A DNA stretch of 18,879 bases, taken from UHGV virus genome UHGV-1689020; one strand, given 5' to 3'. Position 1 is the first letter of the stretch. Each line of letters starts with the position of its first letter. The DNA comes from a virus. The notes under the pieces were generated by a model. It saw only the letters and a program-made list of their open reading frames with translations. It was not told the origin of the DNA and did no database searches. The position numbers and the translations under genes were made by a program. This document shows positions 7,101 to 14,169 of the stretch, piece after piece.

Positions 7101-8195
7101 TTCAAAAGTTGGATAGACGCAGCGGACATCGTTGAATTTCGATAAGATTTCATAGCCAGTCCGCAGGCCGGTATTCCCTTTTCCTTCTGTGGCAGATTTC
7201 CGGTCATTATCCAGTGCGCAGGTGATTTTTACCGCCGGGTACATGTTTACCAGTTGTTCCACAACATGAACCATGTTGTTAGCGGATACAGCGACAACCA
7301 CAGCGTCAAAGCGTTTATCTTTTTTCGTGGCAAGCCAGATGGATGCACCAGTAGCAAAACCTTCTGTAACAGCGATGTTTTGCGCCCCTTTCAGCTCACC
7401 GATAACAAAGCAGGCACCGACGAAATCGCCGCTGGTTACTGCGCTGGTCTGGTATTTCCCACCTTGTTTGTCGATTCGCTGCCAACCCACAATACGACCA
7501 TCGTAACGACCGTCCAGGTGAGCCAGAGGGATAGCCATATATGTGGTTGGTCCCCGACTCCATTTCGCACTGTCGTGACTGGTCACGCGACGCACATCAC
7601 ATGAACTAAAAACGTCACGAATACCTTTTTTAATCGCATATGGCCATGAGCCGTCTTCAGCCGGAGCATGTTCCCACGCGCTGTGGAATGCCAGCCATCC
7701 CAGCAAACGTTCATGGTCCATTTGGTTGTTTTTCAGGTCATTAATTCGTTTTTGTTCTTCACGGCGACGACGTGCTTCGGCCTGACGTTCTATTCTTTCC
7801 CGTTCTTCTTCCGGTTGTGCGACCACGGTCGCATTATTCCGTTGTTGCTCACGGCGATATTCAGAAAACAGGAAGGAGAAACCGCTCCATGAGCCAGCAT
7901 CGCTGCCTTTATGGACGAAGTTAATGAACGGGTAATCAATCCCTTTGCTGTGTTCCAGCCGGGAGTAAATTTCTACGCGTCCTTTCAGGCTCTTTTCGAG
8001 AGCTTCTGGAGATGTTTTATTGTATGAAGAGTAACGCTCAACCCCCCCGCGAGGGTTGAGTTGGATGTTGTCGGAACAGGCAGGCCAGTTGATACCAGCC
8101 ATCTGTGCCAGCTCGGTTAGTTCATCCCGTGCTGCTTCAATTAGCGAGAACGGATCGCTGCCAAAGCGATCCGCATAGAAATCGTTTAATGTCAT
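4200..8195 (-). CDS. repA: multifunctional replication protein RepA (primase-helicase), N15 RepA-like
   Basis: 1331-aa ORF; Walker A motif GMGSGKST in the central part; size, orientation and position between telN and cB match N15 repA as I recall it (about 1300 aa). Confidence 0.88.
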   Translation of the reverse strand: MTLNDFYADRFGSDPFSLIEAARDELTELAQMAGINWPACSDNIQLNPRGGVERYSSYNKTSPEALEKSLKGRVEIYSRLEHSKGIDYPFINFVHKGSDAGSWSGFSFLFSEYRREQQRNNATVVAQPEEERERIERQAEARRRREEQKRINDLKNNQMDHERLLGWLAFHSAWEHAPAEDGSWPYAIKKGIRDVFSSCDVRRVTSHDSAKWSRGPTTYMAIPLAHLDGRYDGRIVGWQRIDKQGGKYQTSAVTSGDFVGACFVIGELKGAQNIAVTEGFATGASIWLATKKDKRFDAVVVAVSANNMVHVVEQLVNMYPAVKITCALDNDRKSATEGKGNTGLRTGYEILSKFNDVRCVYPTFEDDPQMECSDFNDLHKLRGLRETARQLFATANRLKTGTDLLSLTLNRLKTIKRDNRRTFAKELLRAVDIGMLTCPVPNSPSDLFNMFCIVLREMGLENIYRATVKDHIARRLNKKCRIAQAPRSFSERITDPNKRPQHITYKRFETSVMTDDLLKYVQSLQGIVIVRAGMGSGKSTGLLRPLMHSSERGISVAHRVSLIGGLWEMMTEGKGVKADILHYQDPGYQEMAPYASKLTICINSIVKNCWQPLMRQHDYFGFDEATQGLRAVLSGRAMENPVAVFNTLIDALARTEQHPIMVDADANDLLVDLAELAMKRREELGLPAWLQIHVIELPVDVRNRETGEPIRVFYTEKDRIMTEVVKAVSDGEKIMLATDSSTFAEDVTATLRMHFPGKKFLCVNQKNKPEPEVEAFTNQPKKMVKKYDGLIYSPSISSGVSIEQKHFDRHFGMFCGEVVPSDAVQMLRRDRTAKEFIIGFDKARAKRETDPQKIERAFAQALLATAGMNGELTDVVFDGDRISMGVANTDFTRMKIKAAAIEATARNDYASNMICIMHSDGYKVSPLATDYAANDIGKDLRKEARDIVWEQTLDLHLNTETPQESEREKLLKKRALTLEEQAKLVRWDIENELKLPVEEGTLKFYFDGARDKVRRYETMLLDEVTARRYDREEAAINFTYAYRQAGQWQYFVVTAMTREQADDVFKTKFPGIIDHKVKATPTVEVGARGFYALKSATLRQYFIDCGINPETMTGEATQERLKFARDNLMTAERRDLLNNVLHIGGFMTPKGKPKVPEALFKNICDSLGLKTGKRRGRDGDKRPTLRFVEPESAAFMLDILVQRQKDGLTLKTRKAEKTAIEMDRDLDLNIYMDDKTRSTNEQVQNAPHSVISEALAVLPVAVPESWAMSALSSEELATMSSWSSASIAMTFASLYLTEFMDHLSSNELRRLREYITGNSSCSYEEQGAFFG
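4481..4531. other. candidate replication origin element inside the 3' part of repA
   Basis: 9-bp inverted repeat TGGATCGCG ... CGCGATCCA flanking a 33-bp AT-rich spacer containing (AT)5 and three GATC sites within about 50 bp; the N15 ori is reported to lie within the 3' end of repA (recalled from literature). Confidence 0.35.
7574..7587. repeat. palindrome family B copy 2 (CGTGAC-TG-GTCACG), inside repA coding sequence
   Basis: exact 14-bp core shared with 3019-3034 (inverted centre) and 14960-14973. Confidence 0.6.
7818..7833. repeat. palindrome family A copy 1 (TGCGACC-AC-GGTCGCA), sopC/centromere-like, inside repA coding sequence
   Basis: 16-bp 7-2-7 palindrome identical to copies at 10261-10276 (inverted) and 16787-16802; differs from the F sopC SopB site TGGGACCACGGTCCCA (recalled) at one position per arm. 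Confidence 0.65.
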
Positions 8196-8318
8196 TTTTT
8201 AGCCATTCCATGCGAATTATGTTTTTTCGGGTTGAAAAAATCCGCAGGAGCAGCCACAATAAACACATCTTGAATTGACGGAATCCGTCGCGTTGTTGTG
8301 GCTGCTTCCTGAAAAGGA

Positions 8319-8346
8319 CCCGAGTTTGCCGACTCGGGTTTTTTTT
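8319..8346. terminator. hairpin plus T-tract between cB and repA, possible bidirectional terminator
   Basis: CCCGAGT-TTGCCG-ACTCGGG followed by TTTTTTTT on the + strand; on the minus strand the same hairpin is followed by UCCUUUUCAGG; also a 10-bp inverted repeat GCAGCCACAA (8250-8259) / TTGTGGCTGC (8296-8305) just upstream. Confidence 0.45.
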
Positions 8347-8440
8347 CGTCTTTTTTCTGCTGCTGTAACCTGAGTCAACCCACAGAACATATGCCCTGCA
8401 TTAAACCAGATTTACAGCAAACAATAAACCCCGTATTAAG

Positions 8441-9037
8441 TCATCTACCCTCAACCATGAATGATTTGATCGTTCCGACTATTTGGTGAACAAATTCAAG
8501 ATCGCTTTTCCTGAAGATGGCGCGTTGTGAGTTTGTTCCATCCAGATAGTAATTTTCATCATCAAAACGGGCCAGGCGCTGGATAGTGATATTTCCTGCA
8601 GTATCACGAACCAGAACATCCTCGCCGGGGACCAGTTCCAGCGCAGAATCGACCAGGAGAAAATCGCCTGGCTGATAGTTTCCCTGCGTAAGATTGCTGA
8701 TAGTTAACGCATACACAGTATTGCGCTGGCTGATGAATGGCAGGAATCGCTCAGTATTTGGAACCTGTCCCGGCTTCCACTCTTCATCCGGCCCACTTTC
8801 AGTTGTGCCAATAACAGGAATGCGGTCAGGGTCATATTCTGTCCCATATAGCACCCAATGCACTGGCTTGCGTAAGCACTTAGCCAGGGCAATACCTATC
8901 TCCAGTGACGGCATTACGTCGCCACGTTCTAAGTTTTGGACGCCTGCTATAGAGATATCGACAGCCTCAGCAACTTCTCGCAACGTCAGCTTCATCTCTA
9001 AACGGCGTGCTTTCAGTCGTTCGCCTCGTGTTTTCAT
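8441..9037 (-). CDS. cB: prophage repressor CB (HTH-XRE N-domain, CI/LexA-like C-domain apparently lacking the catalytic Ser motif)
   Basis: 198-aa ORF; N-terminal HTH LTLREVAEAVDISIAGVQNLERG; C-terminal ...PGDFLLVD... fold signature but no GxSM motif; divergent from cro across an operator-containing intergenic region. Confidence 0.8.
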   Translation of the reverse strand: MKTRGERLKARRLEMKLTLREVAEAVDISIAGVQNLERGDVMPSLEIGIALAKCLRKPVHWVLYGTEYDPDRIPVIGTTESGPDEEWKPGQVPNTERFLPFISQRNTVYALTISNLTQGNYQPGDFLLVDSALELVPGEDVLVRDTAGNITIQRLARFDDENYYLDGTNSQRAIFRKSDLEFVHQIVGTIKSFMVEGR

Positions 9038-9059
9038 ACTGTAATCATAAATGATCTTC

Positions 9060-9075
9060 TTATAGCTGGCTATAA
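9060..9075. promoter_or_regulatory. immB operator O1 (TTATAGC-TG-GCTATAA)
   Basis: 7-2-7 palindrome with perfect arms, 23 bp upstream of the cB ATG in the cB-cro intergenic region. Confidence 0.6.
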
Positions 9076-9085
9076 AATTTATTTA

Positions 9086-9101
9086 TTATAGCTGGCTTTA
9101 A
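9086..9101. promoter_or_regulatory. immB operator O2 (TTATAGC-TG-GCTTTAA)
   Basis: second copy 26 bp from O1 with one arm mismatch; a TATAAT hexamer at 9117-9122 lies between it and the cro start. Confidence 0.55.
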
Positions 9102-9128
9102 TTGTTGTTTATTGTTTATAATAACAAC

Positions 9129-9350
9129 ATGAAACCAGAAGAACTTATTCGCCACTTTGGCAGTGTAGAAAAAGCAGCGGCAGGGGTAGGTGTAACACCC
9201 GGAGCTGTTTACCAATGGTTAACCGCTGGAGAGATTCCTTCATTGCGGCAAAGCGATATTGAAGTTCGTACTGCTTATAAGCTGAAGAGTGACTTTACAA
9301 CTCGGCGGGTAAAGCAGTCGATTAAGGAGAGTCGTAAGCGTGGAGCTTGA
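9129..9350 (+). CDS. cro: Cro-like HTH regulator
   Basis: track ORF 9102-9350 begins at a TTG; preferred start is the ATG at 9129 (MKPEELIRHFGSVEKAAAGVGVTPGAVYQW...); HTH motif; divergent from cB; no obvious Shine-Dalgarno, possibly short-leader transcript. Confidence 0.65.
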   Translation: MKPEELIRHFGSVEKAAAGVGVTPGAVYQWLTAGEIPSLRQSDIEVRTAYKLKSDFTTRRVKQSIKESRKRGA

Positions 9351-10050
9351 GTATATACGCAGCTGCGTCTCTACGGCATTGGCTGATGTTCATTATCGCC
9401 AGCGTGGCATTCTGGAGGTCCAGCTTGAGCAGATGCGTCTCGGTAGGTCAGGACGGTTTAACAATAAACCAGTCCGGTCAATCAGTGTGGGGGATGATAA
9501 CTCATACGAAGTGTCCGTTCCTGCTGAGCCGGTTAGATTCCACCAGGGGAAAACATTTAAACAATCATCAATGTTGCTCACTGATATTGATTTTCAGAGC
9601 GCCAGCTGGCGCAGGGCTATTGGTCAGTTGAATAACGAGGAATCAGCCTGGCTTTATTATTGCTACGGATGCAAGCCTGATTACAACAATGATGTGATTG
9701 TTTGTCAGTGGTTATGGCTTGATTTTCTGGTTGCTCATTCGGGGGGCGGCTTTAAAAAAATGAAGGCCTCCACGAAAAAAGCCATGCGGAAATTGATTTA
9801 TTACGCGGCACAGCAGGTTAAATCAGAACTTACGTGTGCTGAGGCAGTTGATGAGAGAGAACAGGACAGGCATCTGAGTTTTCTACTGAATATATCTATT
9901 GATAGCTGGAGACAAGATTATAAAGAACGCTGGCTTTTAATTAAGTCGCGATGTCTGAGCTTAAATCGAACTGCATTATTAAATGCGGCGGAGAAGCGCA
10001 GTGAAATCATCAAACGCCATCGGGCAGGAAGTGCCATTCTGCCTTTGTAA
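9340..10050 (+). CDS. putative late-gene antiterminator (Q-like), assigned by cB-cro-Q synteny
   Basis: 236-aa ORF starting at GTG 9340 with AAGGAGA 10 nt upstream; overlaps the cro stop by 11 nt; function is inferred from position only, I could not confirm Q motifs by eye. Confidence 0.45.
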   Translation: MELEYIRSCVSTALADVHYRQRGILEVQLEQMRLGRSGRFNNKPVRSISVGDDNSYEVSVPAEPVRFHQGKTFKQSSMLLTDIDFQSASWRRAIGQLNNEESAWLYYCYGCKPDYNNDVIVCQWLWLDFLVAHSGGGFKKMKASTKKAMRKLIYYAAQQVKSELTCAEAVDEREQDRHLSFLLNISIDSWRQDYKERWLLIKSRCLSLNRTALLNAAEKRSEIIKRHRAGSAILPL

Positions 10051-10303
10051 ACAAGTTATGTTCAGGAAACCGTCGAAGCCAGAATTAAGGTATTCGGGGG
10101 TAAGAAATGAATATGTTATCTGGTGTCCAACTTGTGGTTACAGGACACGACCAGATAGTAATAAGCAGTCTGTAATTGCCGATTGGTATTTATCAAATCA
10201 GCCAGGTAATAAGCATATAGAAAATCTTTGGATTAAGCGTTACTTGGAAATCAGAGAGGGTGCGACCGTGGTCGCACAAGAAAATGAAAATAACGCCATT
10301 TAA
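9983..10303 (+). CDS. small Cys-containing protein (CxC ... CxxC), function unknown; alternative start at ATG 10058
   Basis: 106-aa ORF overlapping the 3' end of the Q-like gene; contains FCLC and CPTCG; no clear Shine-Dalgarno for either start; its 3' end carries palindrome A copy 2. Confidence 0.35.
   Translation: MRRRSAVKSSNAIGQEVPFCLCKQVMFRKPSKPELRYSGVRNEYVIWCPTCGYRTRPDSNKQSVIADWYLSNQPGNKHIENLWIKRYLEIREGATVVAQENENNAI
10261..10276. repeat. palindrome family A copy 2 (TGCGACC-GT-GGTCGCA, inverted orientation), sopC/centromere-like
   Basis: exact reverse-complement of the 16-mer at 7818-7833 and 16787-16802; located in the overlap of two small ORFs after the Q-like gene. Confidence 0.65.
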
Positions 10304-10487
10304 GCAGGGGCCGATGACGCATGATGAAGCAGAGCGTCTTTCAGATACTTATCGGCGGCGTGGTAAGAAAGTTCTGGTTGTTCGTTCTGATTTTTTAGGT
10401 GATGGATATTGCGTTTATGTTCATTTACCTGAATCAGAAAGAACGCCAAAACCATCCAGAACATATCAACAGAAAATTTGGGTATAG
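10284..10487 (+). CDS. hypothetical small protein
   Basis: track ORF 10260-10487 starts at a GTG inside the palindrome; first in-frame ATG is 10284; no strong Shine-Dalgarno, start uncertain. Confidence 0.4.
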   Translation: MKITPFKQGPMTHDEAERLSDTYRRRGKKVLVVRSDFLGDGYCVYVHLPESERTPKPSRTYQQKIWV

Positions 10488-10510
10488 ATAAACGTTGAGG
10501 AGAATTATTC

Positions 10511-11110
10511 GTGACTAATCAGATTATTTACGACAGGAAACGGTCTGATGTAATGATTGATCTTGAAACAATGGGTACTAACACATGTGCTCCAATTGTT
10601 TCTATCGGGGCAGTGTTTTTTTCTCCAGAAAGTGAGGAATTAGGTCCTACTTTTTATGTGCCAGTGAATCTCAGAAGCTCGATGTTGAATGGAGGTATCG
10701 CCGATGGTGATACCATTTTATGGTGGTTGAAACAGAGCAAGGAAGCCAGAGCCGCTATTTGTACTAATGATGCCCTTGATATTAAGGATGCACTTTTTGA
10801 ATTATCACACTTTATTACTTGCCATGCATGTAATTTAAAAAAGTTGAAAGTATGGGGAAATGGAGCAACGTTCGATAATGTAATTTTACGCGGTGCTTAT
10901 GAGCGCGTTGGCTTAGCCTGTCCGTGGGAATATTTTAATGATCAGGATGTTCGAACAATCGTTAATCTTGGTCAGTTTATTGGTTTTAATCCTAAAAAAG
11001 ATATGCCATTTGATGGCGAACGACACAATGCCTTGGCTGATGCTATTCATCAGGCTAAATATGTATCCGCAATTTTCTCCCGTCTTGTAAAAGGGCAAGG
11101 AGAATCGTAA
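10511..11110 (+). CDS. DEDDh-type 3'-5' exonuclease (DnaQ-like fold)
   Basis: 199-aa ORF, GTG start with GAGGAG 8 nt upstream; motifs MIDLETMG (exo I), WGNGATFDNVIL (exo II), ERHNALADAIHQAKY (exo III with His). Confidence 0.75.
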   Translation: MTNQIIYDRKRSDVMIDLETMGTNTCAPIVSIGAVFFSPESEELGPTFYVPVNLRSSMLNGGIADGDTILWWLKQSKEARAAICTNDALDIKDALFELSHFITCHACNLKKLKVWGNGATFDNVILRGAYERVGLACPWEYFNDQDVRTIVNLGQFIGFNPKKDMPFDGERHNALADAIHQAKYVSAIFSRLVKGQGES

Positions 11111-11529
11111 TGGCAAAGGCTTTTACACCAGAACAGAGGGAAGAACTGAATAAACAAATTGTGGAACTCGTGCGCCTGAATGGACGAGGAACGGTTAGGC
11201 AACTTGCGGATGAAACTGGTATTAGCCGGTGTGCTGTTAGTCGTTTATCAAGAGAGCTTGCTGCCAGTGGTGATTTGTATATCTCTGGCTCCGGGATATT
11301 TCTGTCTGCACAAGCACGCAAGGACTGGCAAAACGCCCGTAAAAAACTATCAAGAGTAAAGCCGAAGAAATCGGTAGTGGTTGATCCAGACCTTATCTGG
11401 TCATTACCTGACGGAGAAATACGTCGTTACGACAGGCGCTTGAACATGATTTGTCACGATTGCCGGAAAAGTGAAGTTATGCAGCGTGTGCTGGCTTTTT
11501 ATCAGGGAAATTTACAGGAGGTGGCGTAG
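11110..11529 (+). CDS. HTH DNA-binding protein, function unknown
   Basis: 139-aa ORF; ATG overlaps the upstream stop (TAATG); AAGGAGA upstream; HTH-like segment GTVRQLADETGISRCAVSRLSREL. Confidence 0.6.
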   Translation: MAKAFTPEQREELNKQIVELVRLNGRGTVRQLADETGISRCAVSRLSRELAASGDLYISGSGIFLSAQARKDWQNARKKLSRVKPKKSVVVDPDLIWSLPDGEIRRYDRRLNMICHDCRKSEVMQRVLAFYQGNLQEVA

Positions 11530-11819
11530 TGAATATCGACACCACGATAACGATCGATACGGCCCTAAATATCGGTCTGGCACTTCTCGGTTGGTTTTAC
11601 ATCATGTTCAGTGCGGGGAAGTGGGCGGCCTCTGTTTTTCTAAAGCAGTGGGGAAAGCACCGCAAACAGGAAAGACGCCAGAAAGTGTTAGAGGCGTTCT
11701 ATGACGCATTTGAACTTAGCCGCATTGAGCCAGGCACAACAGCCAAGATAGCGACAAAAGGCGACCTGATGATAGTGATGTTCCGACAGGAGAGAGCAGA
11801 GAAAGGGGAATCAGCATGA
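11529..11819 (+). CDS. small membrane protein, function unknown
   Basis: GTG start overlapping the upstream stop (TAGTG) with AGGAGGTGG upstream; hydrophobic segment LNIGLALLGWFYIMFSAG. Confidence 0.5.
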   Translation: MNIDTTITIDTALNIGLALLGWFYIMFSAGKWAASVFLKQWGKHRKQERRQKVLEAFYDAFELSRIEPGTTAKIATKGDLMIVMFRQERAEKGESA

Positions 11820-12448
11820 AATTTTCCAAATTTTCTGAGTTGGTGAATCGTATTTTGTCCAACAACCACAGCCATCGTCGCGATATGGATGTAACAATCG
11901 TTATTCATTCGCCTGGCAGCATTGGTTCAACACCCTCAGTTGAGGTTCAGTCAATTCACGCTGGTTTTGATTGGGATTCCGGGAAAGTGCTGATTTTTCC
12001 ATCACAGCCACTGACCACGCTAACACCAGAGCAGGTTGCTGATATCACTGATAGTGTGCGCAAAGGTCAGTCTTGGCACGCATATCAGGAATATAAGAAG
12101 CATAAAGAGCAGTTGGAAAAATTGTCGATTGAACTGGATGCCGCAAAACAGCGCATTGCAGAGCTGGAGGGTAATCGCACGGCGCTGGCGGCGGAGAATG
12201 CGGGGCTTAAACAGTCGGAGAAGGAATTTAATAACTTCTGTCGTCAGGAGTACTACGGTTGGGAGGACAACTTCACGGAAACCCCAGCCACCGACGCTTT
12301 CCTGGCTGAAATTGAACGCAAAGCAATCCGCAAGTTCATTAACAGCATTGAACACATCCTGCGTGACAAGCTGTCTCCGTATGATACCGAAGAGATGCTT
12401 GAGGCTATGCGTATTTTTCTGGAAGAACAGGAAGGTGAGCAAAAATGA
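11816..12448 (+). CDS. hypothetical protein with coiled-coil region
   Basis: 210-aa ORF, ATGA overlap with the upstream gene; heptad-like region LEKLSIELDAAKQRIAELEGNRTALAAENAGLK. Confidence 0.55.
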   Translation: MKFSKFSELVNRILSNNHSHRRDMDVTIVIHSPGSIGSTPSVEVQSIHAGFDWDSGKVLIFPSQPLTTLTPEQVADITDSVRKGQSWHAYQEYKKHKEQLEKLSIELDAAKQRIAELEGNRTALAAENAGLKQSEKEFNNFCRQEYYGWEDNFTETPATDAFLAEIERKAIRKFINSIEHILRDKLSPYDTEEMLEAMRIFLEEQEGEQK

Positions 12449-12759
12449 CGATCACAAAACAACGTGTAGAAGAAATCATATCCCGTATTGAAATGTATGG
12501 GCATGGTGCCGGGTATACCGCTGATGAGGTTTATGACCTTGCTGTACTGGCGCTGAATTTATCAAATATCGCAAAACTCAAGCGATACGAGCTTGATATG
12601 GATGGTTGTGACTCGTTCGGTCAGGATTGTGGCGCTGACATGACTGAAGATTCTGATGGCGATTATGTCCTGTTTGATGACGTAGTTAAGTTGTTTGAGT
12701 TTGATACATTCGAAAGCCCAGTAAAGGAGGCAGCCAGTGAGCGGAAAAAGAATGACTAA
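12445..12759 (+). CDS. hypothetical acidic protein
   Basis: 104-aa ORF, ATGA overlap with the upstream gene, GGTGAG upstream. Confidence 0.5.
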   Translation: MTITKQRVEEIISRIEMYGHGAGYTADEVYDLAVLALNLSNIAKLKRYELDMDGCDSFGQDCGADMTEDSDGDYVLFDDVVKLFEFDTFESPVKEAASERKKND

Positions 12760-12961
12760 CAGAGAGCTTGTCGATGCCGCGATTAAGCTTGCTGGTGATT
12801 TTTATTCAATGATGGGGTACACGCATCGCCCAGGCTTCAAATATTGGGAGTCTCCTCACCCGCAAGAGCAACTGGTATTTCAAATGGCCTGCCGTGCTTT
12901 TGAGGTTATTCGCGGTTCTGATGTGATGGACGCCGTTGCCGACTTGGAGGATGAAGAGTGA
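12737..12961 (+). CDS. hypothetical protein
   Basis: 74-aa ORF from GTG 12737 with AAGGAGG 6 nt upstream; overlaps the previous ORF by 23 nt. Confidence 0.5.
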   Translation: MSGKRMTNRELVDAAIKLAGDFYSMMGYTHRPGFKYWESPHPQEQLVFQMACRAFEVIRGSDVMDAVADLEDEE

Positions 12962-13506
12962 GCGAAATTAATTATCAGGCACTGCGTGATGCGGCAGAAA
13001 AGGCAACGAAAGGGAGCTACATCGTAGGGCATACATCTGTTAACCAGCACGGCAATTTAACAGGAGTTTTTGTTTGCCAAAAATGGAAAGGAGAACCCGG
13101 TGGCGTGATTGCAGAATGTCATGTTAACTGCCTGGTTGAAACAGATGCTCAGGCTTACGCAAACGCTGAATTTATTGCTGCCTTTAATCCAAATGTTGCG
13201 CTGGCACTACTGGATGAACGGGAAAGAAACCAGCAATACATAAAATCCCGCGACAAGGAGAACGAGGATATTGCGCTAACGGTAGGGAAGCTGCGCGTTG
13301 AGCTTGAAGCAGAAAAACAGCGGGCAAAAGTTCTATTTATGGAAAATGCTCGGCTTAAGTCAGGCATAGCCGGTCTGATACACCTCGGTATTCGATATGC
13401 AGATGTTGAGGTCATGAAAATTGCTGGAGATGCCCAGCTTTCTACCCCATGCACTGACAGCATCATAAACAGCATTGCAACAGGCATTCGCATCAAAGGA
13501 GAGTGA
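12958..13506 (+). CDS. Ead/Ea22-like protein
   Basis: 182-aa ORF from GTG 12958 (GGAGGA upstream); internal segment AEFIAAFNPNVALALLDERERN resembles the Ea22-family signature I recall (...NPATVLALLDE...); C-terminal coiled-coil. Confidence 0.55.
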   Translation: MSEINYQALRDAAEKATKGSYIVGHTSVNQHGNLTGVFVCQKWKGEPGGVIAECHVNCLVETDAQAYANAEFIAAFNPNVALALLDERERNQQYIKSRDKENEDIALTVGKLRVELEAEKQRAKVLFMENARLKSGIAGLIHLGIRYADVEVMKIAGDAQLSTPCTDSIINSIATGIRIKGE

Positions 13507-13507
13507 T

Positions 13508-13771
13508 ATGGCAACTTTAACAAAAAAAGAACGGGCATGGTTGAACGAATTACAGGACGTTCTTGATCGCTGCCCATCACCGAAAAAAATTGGTTTTTAC
13601 ACCATTGGCGATAAAAGCATTTACCTGTATGACCTGCGCCGCATGGATGAAATCATGGAGGCTCTTGATAATCGTTCGTCGATGGATTGGTGTGTTGCTG
13701 TCCATGATATGAATGCCGGATTTGATGAAAGGATTTTGTTCCCCTCATCAGTTGAAAGCACTGCGGGTTAA
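13508..13771 (+). CDS. hypothetical protein
   Basis: track ORF 13475-13771; preferred start is the ATG at 13508, preceded by AAAGGAGAG and 2 nt after the upstream stop. Confidence 0.5.
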   Translation: MATLTKKERAWLNELQDVLDRCPSPKKIGFYTIGDKSIYLYDLRRMDEIMEALDNRSSMDWCVAVHDMNAGFDERILFPSSVESTAG

Positions 13772-13781
13772 GGAGTAACAC

Positions 13782-14168
13782 ATGACCACTATTACCAAAG
13801 AGCGACTACTGACAATCAAACAGTGGCGCGAAACATACGGACCTGGTAGCAACGTTGTACTGCCAGCAGAAGAAGCGGAAGAACTGGCACGAATTGCTCT
13901 GGCATCGCTGGAAGCAAAACCAATAGGTGCATTCCACATTGCAGAACAGCAAGTTGACGGCACAAGTGACTACCTCAAGGATGGAGAATGGCCTATTGAT
14001 AATGGAATTATTGAGGTCTACGCCGCTCCACCCGTTCCAGTAGTACCGGAAGAAAAACCAATGCCTAATCCTCTTAGCATGTACGCGGTTGATGCTGTTG
14101 CCGCTATTGCAGAGGTGAGAGGCTGGAATGCCTGCCGCGCTGCTATGCTTCAGGGAAAAGGAGAGTGA
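13782..14168 (+). CDS. hypothetical protein
   Basis: 128-aa ORF, AAGGAG 7 nt upstream; begins MTTIT like the next gene. Confidence 0.55.
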   Translation: MTTITKERLLTIKQWRETYGPGSNVVLPAEEAEELARIALASLEAKPIGAFHIAEQQVDGTSDYLKDGEWPIDNGIIEVYAAPPVPVVPEEKPMPNPLSMYAVDAVAAIAEVRGWNACRAAMLQGKGE

Positions 14169-14169
14169 T

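Noticed and set aside
5141-7892. Multiple plus-strand ORFs of 61-116 aa (5141-5326, 5194-5406, 5533-5769, 5859-6107, 6088-6342, 6315-6548, 6630-6857, 6838-7029, 7254-7604, 7668-7892)
   Set aside because: All lie antisense to the long, well-supported repA ORF, lack ribosome-binding sites and have low-complexity or Ser/Arg-rich translations typical of antisense frames.
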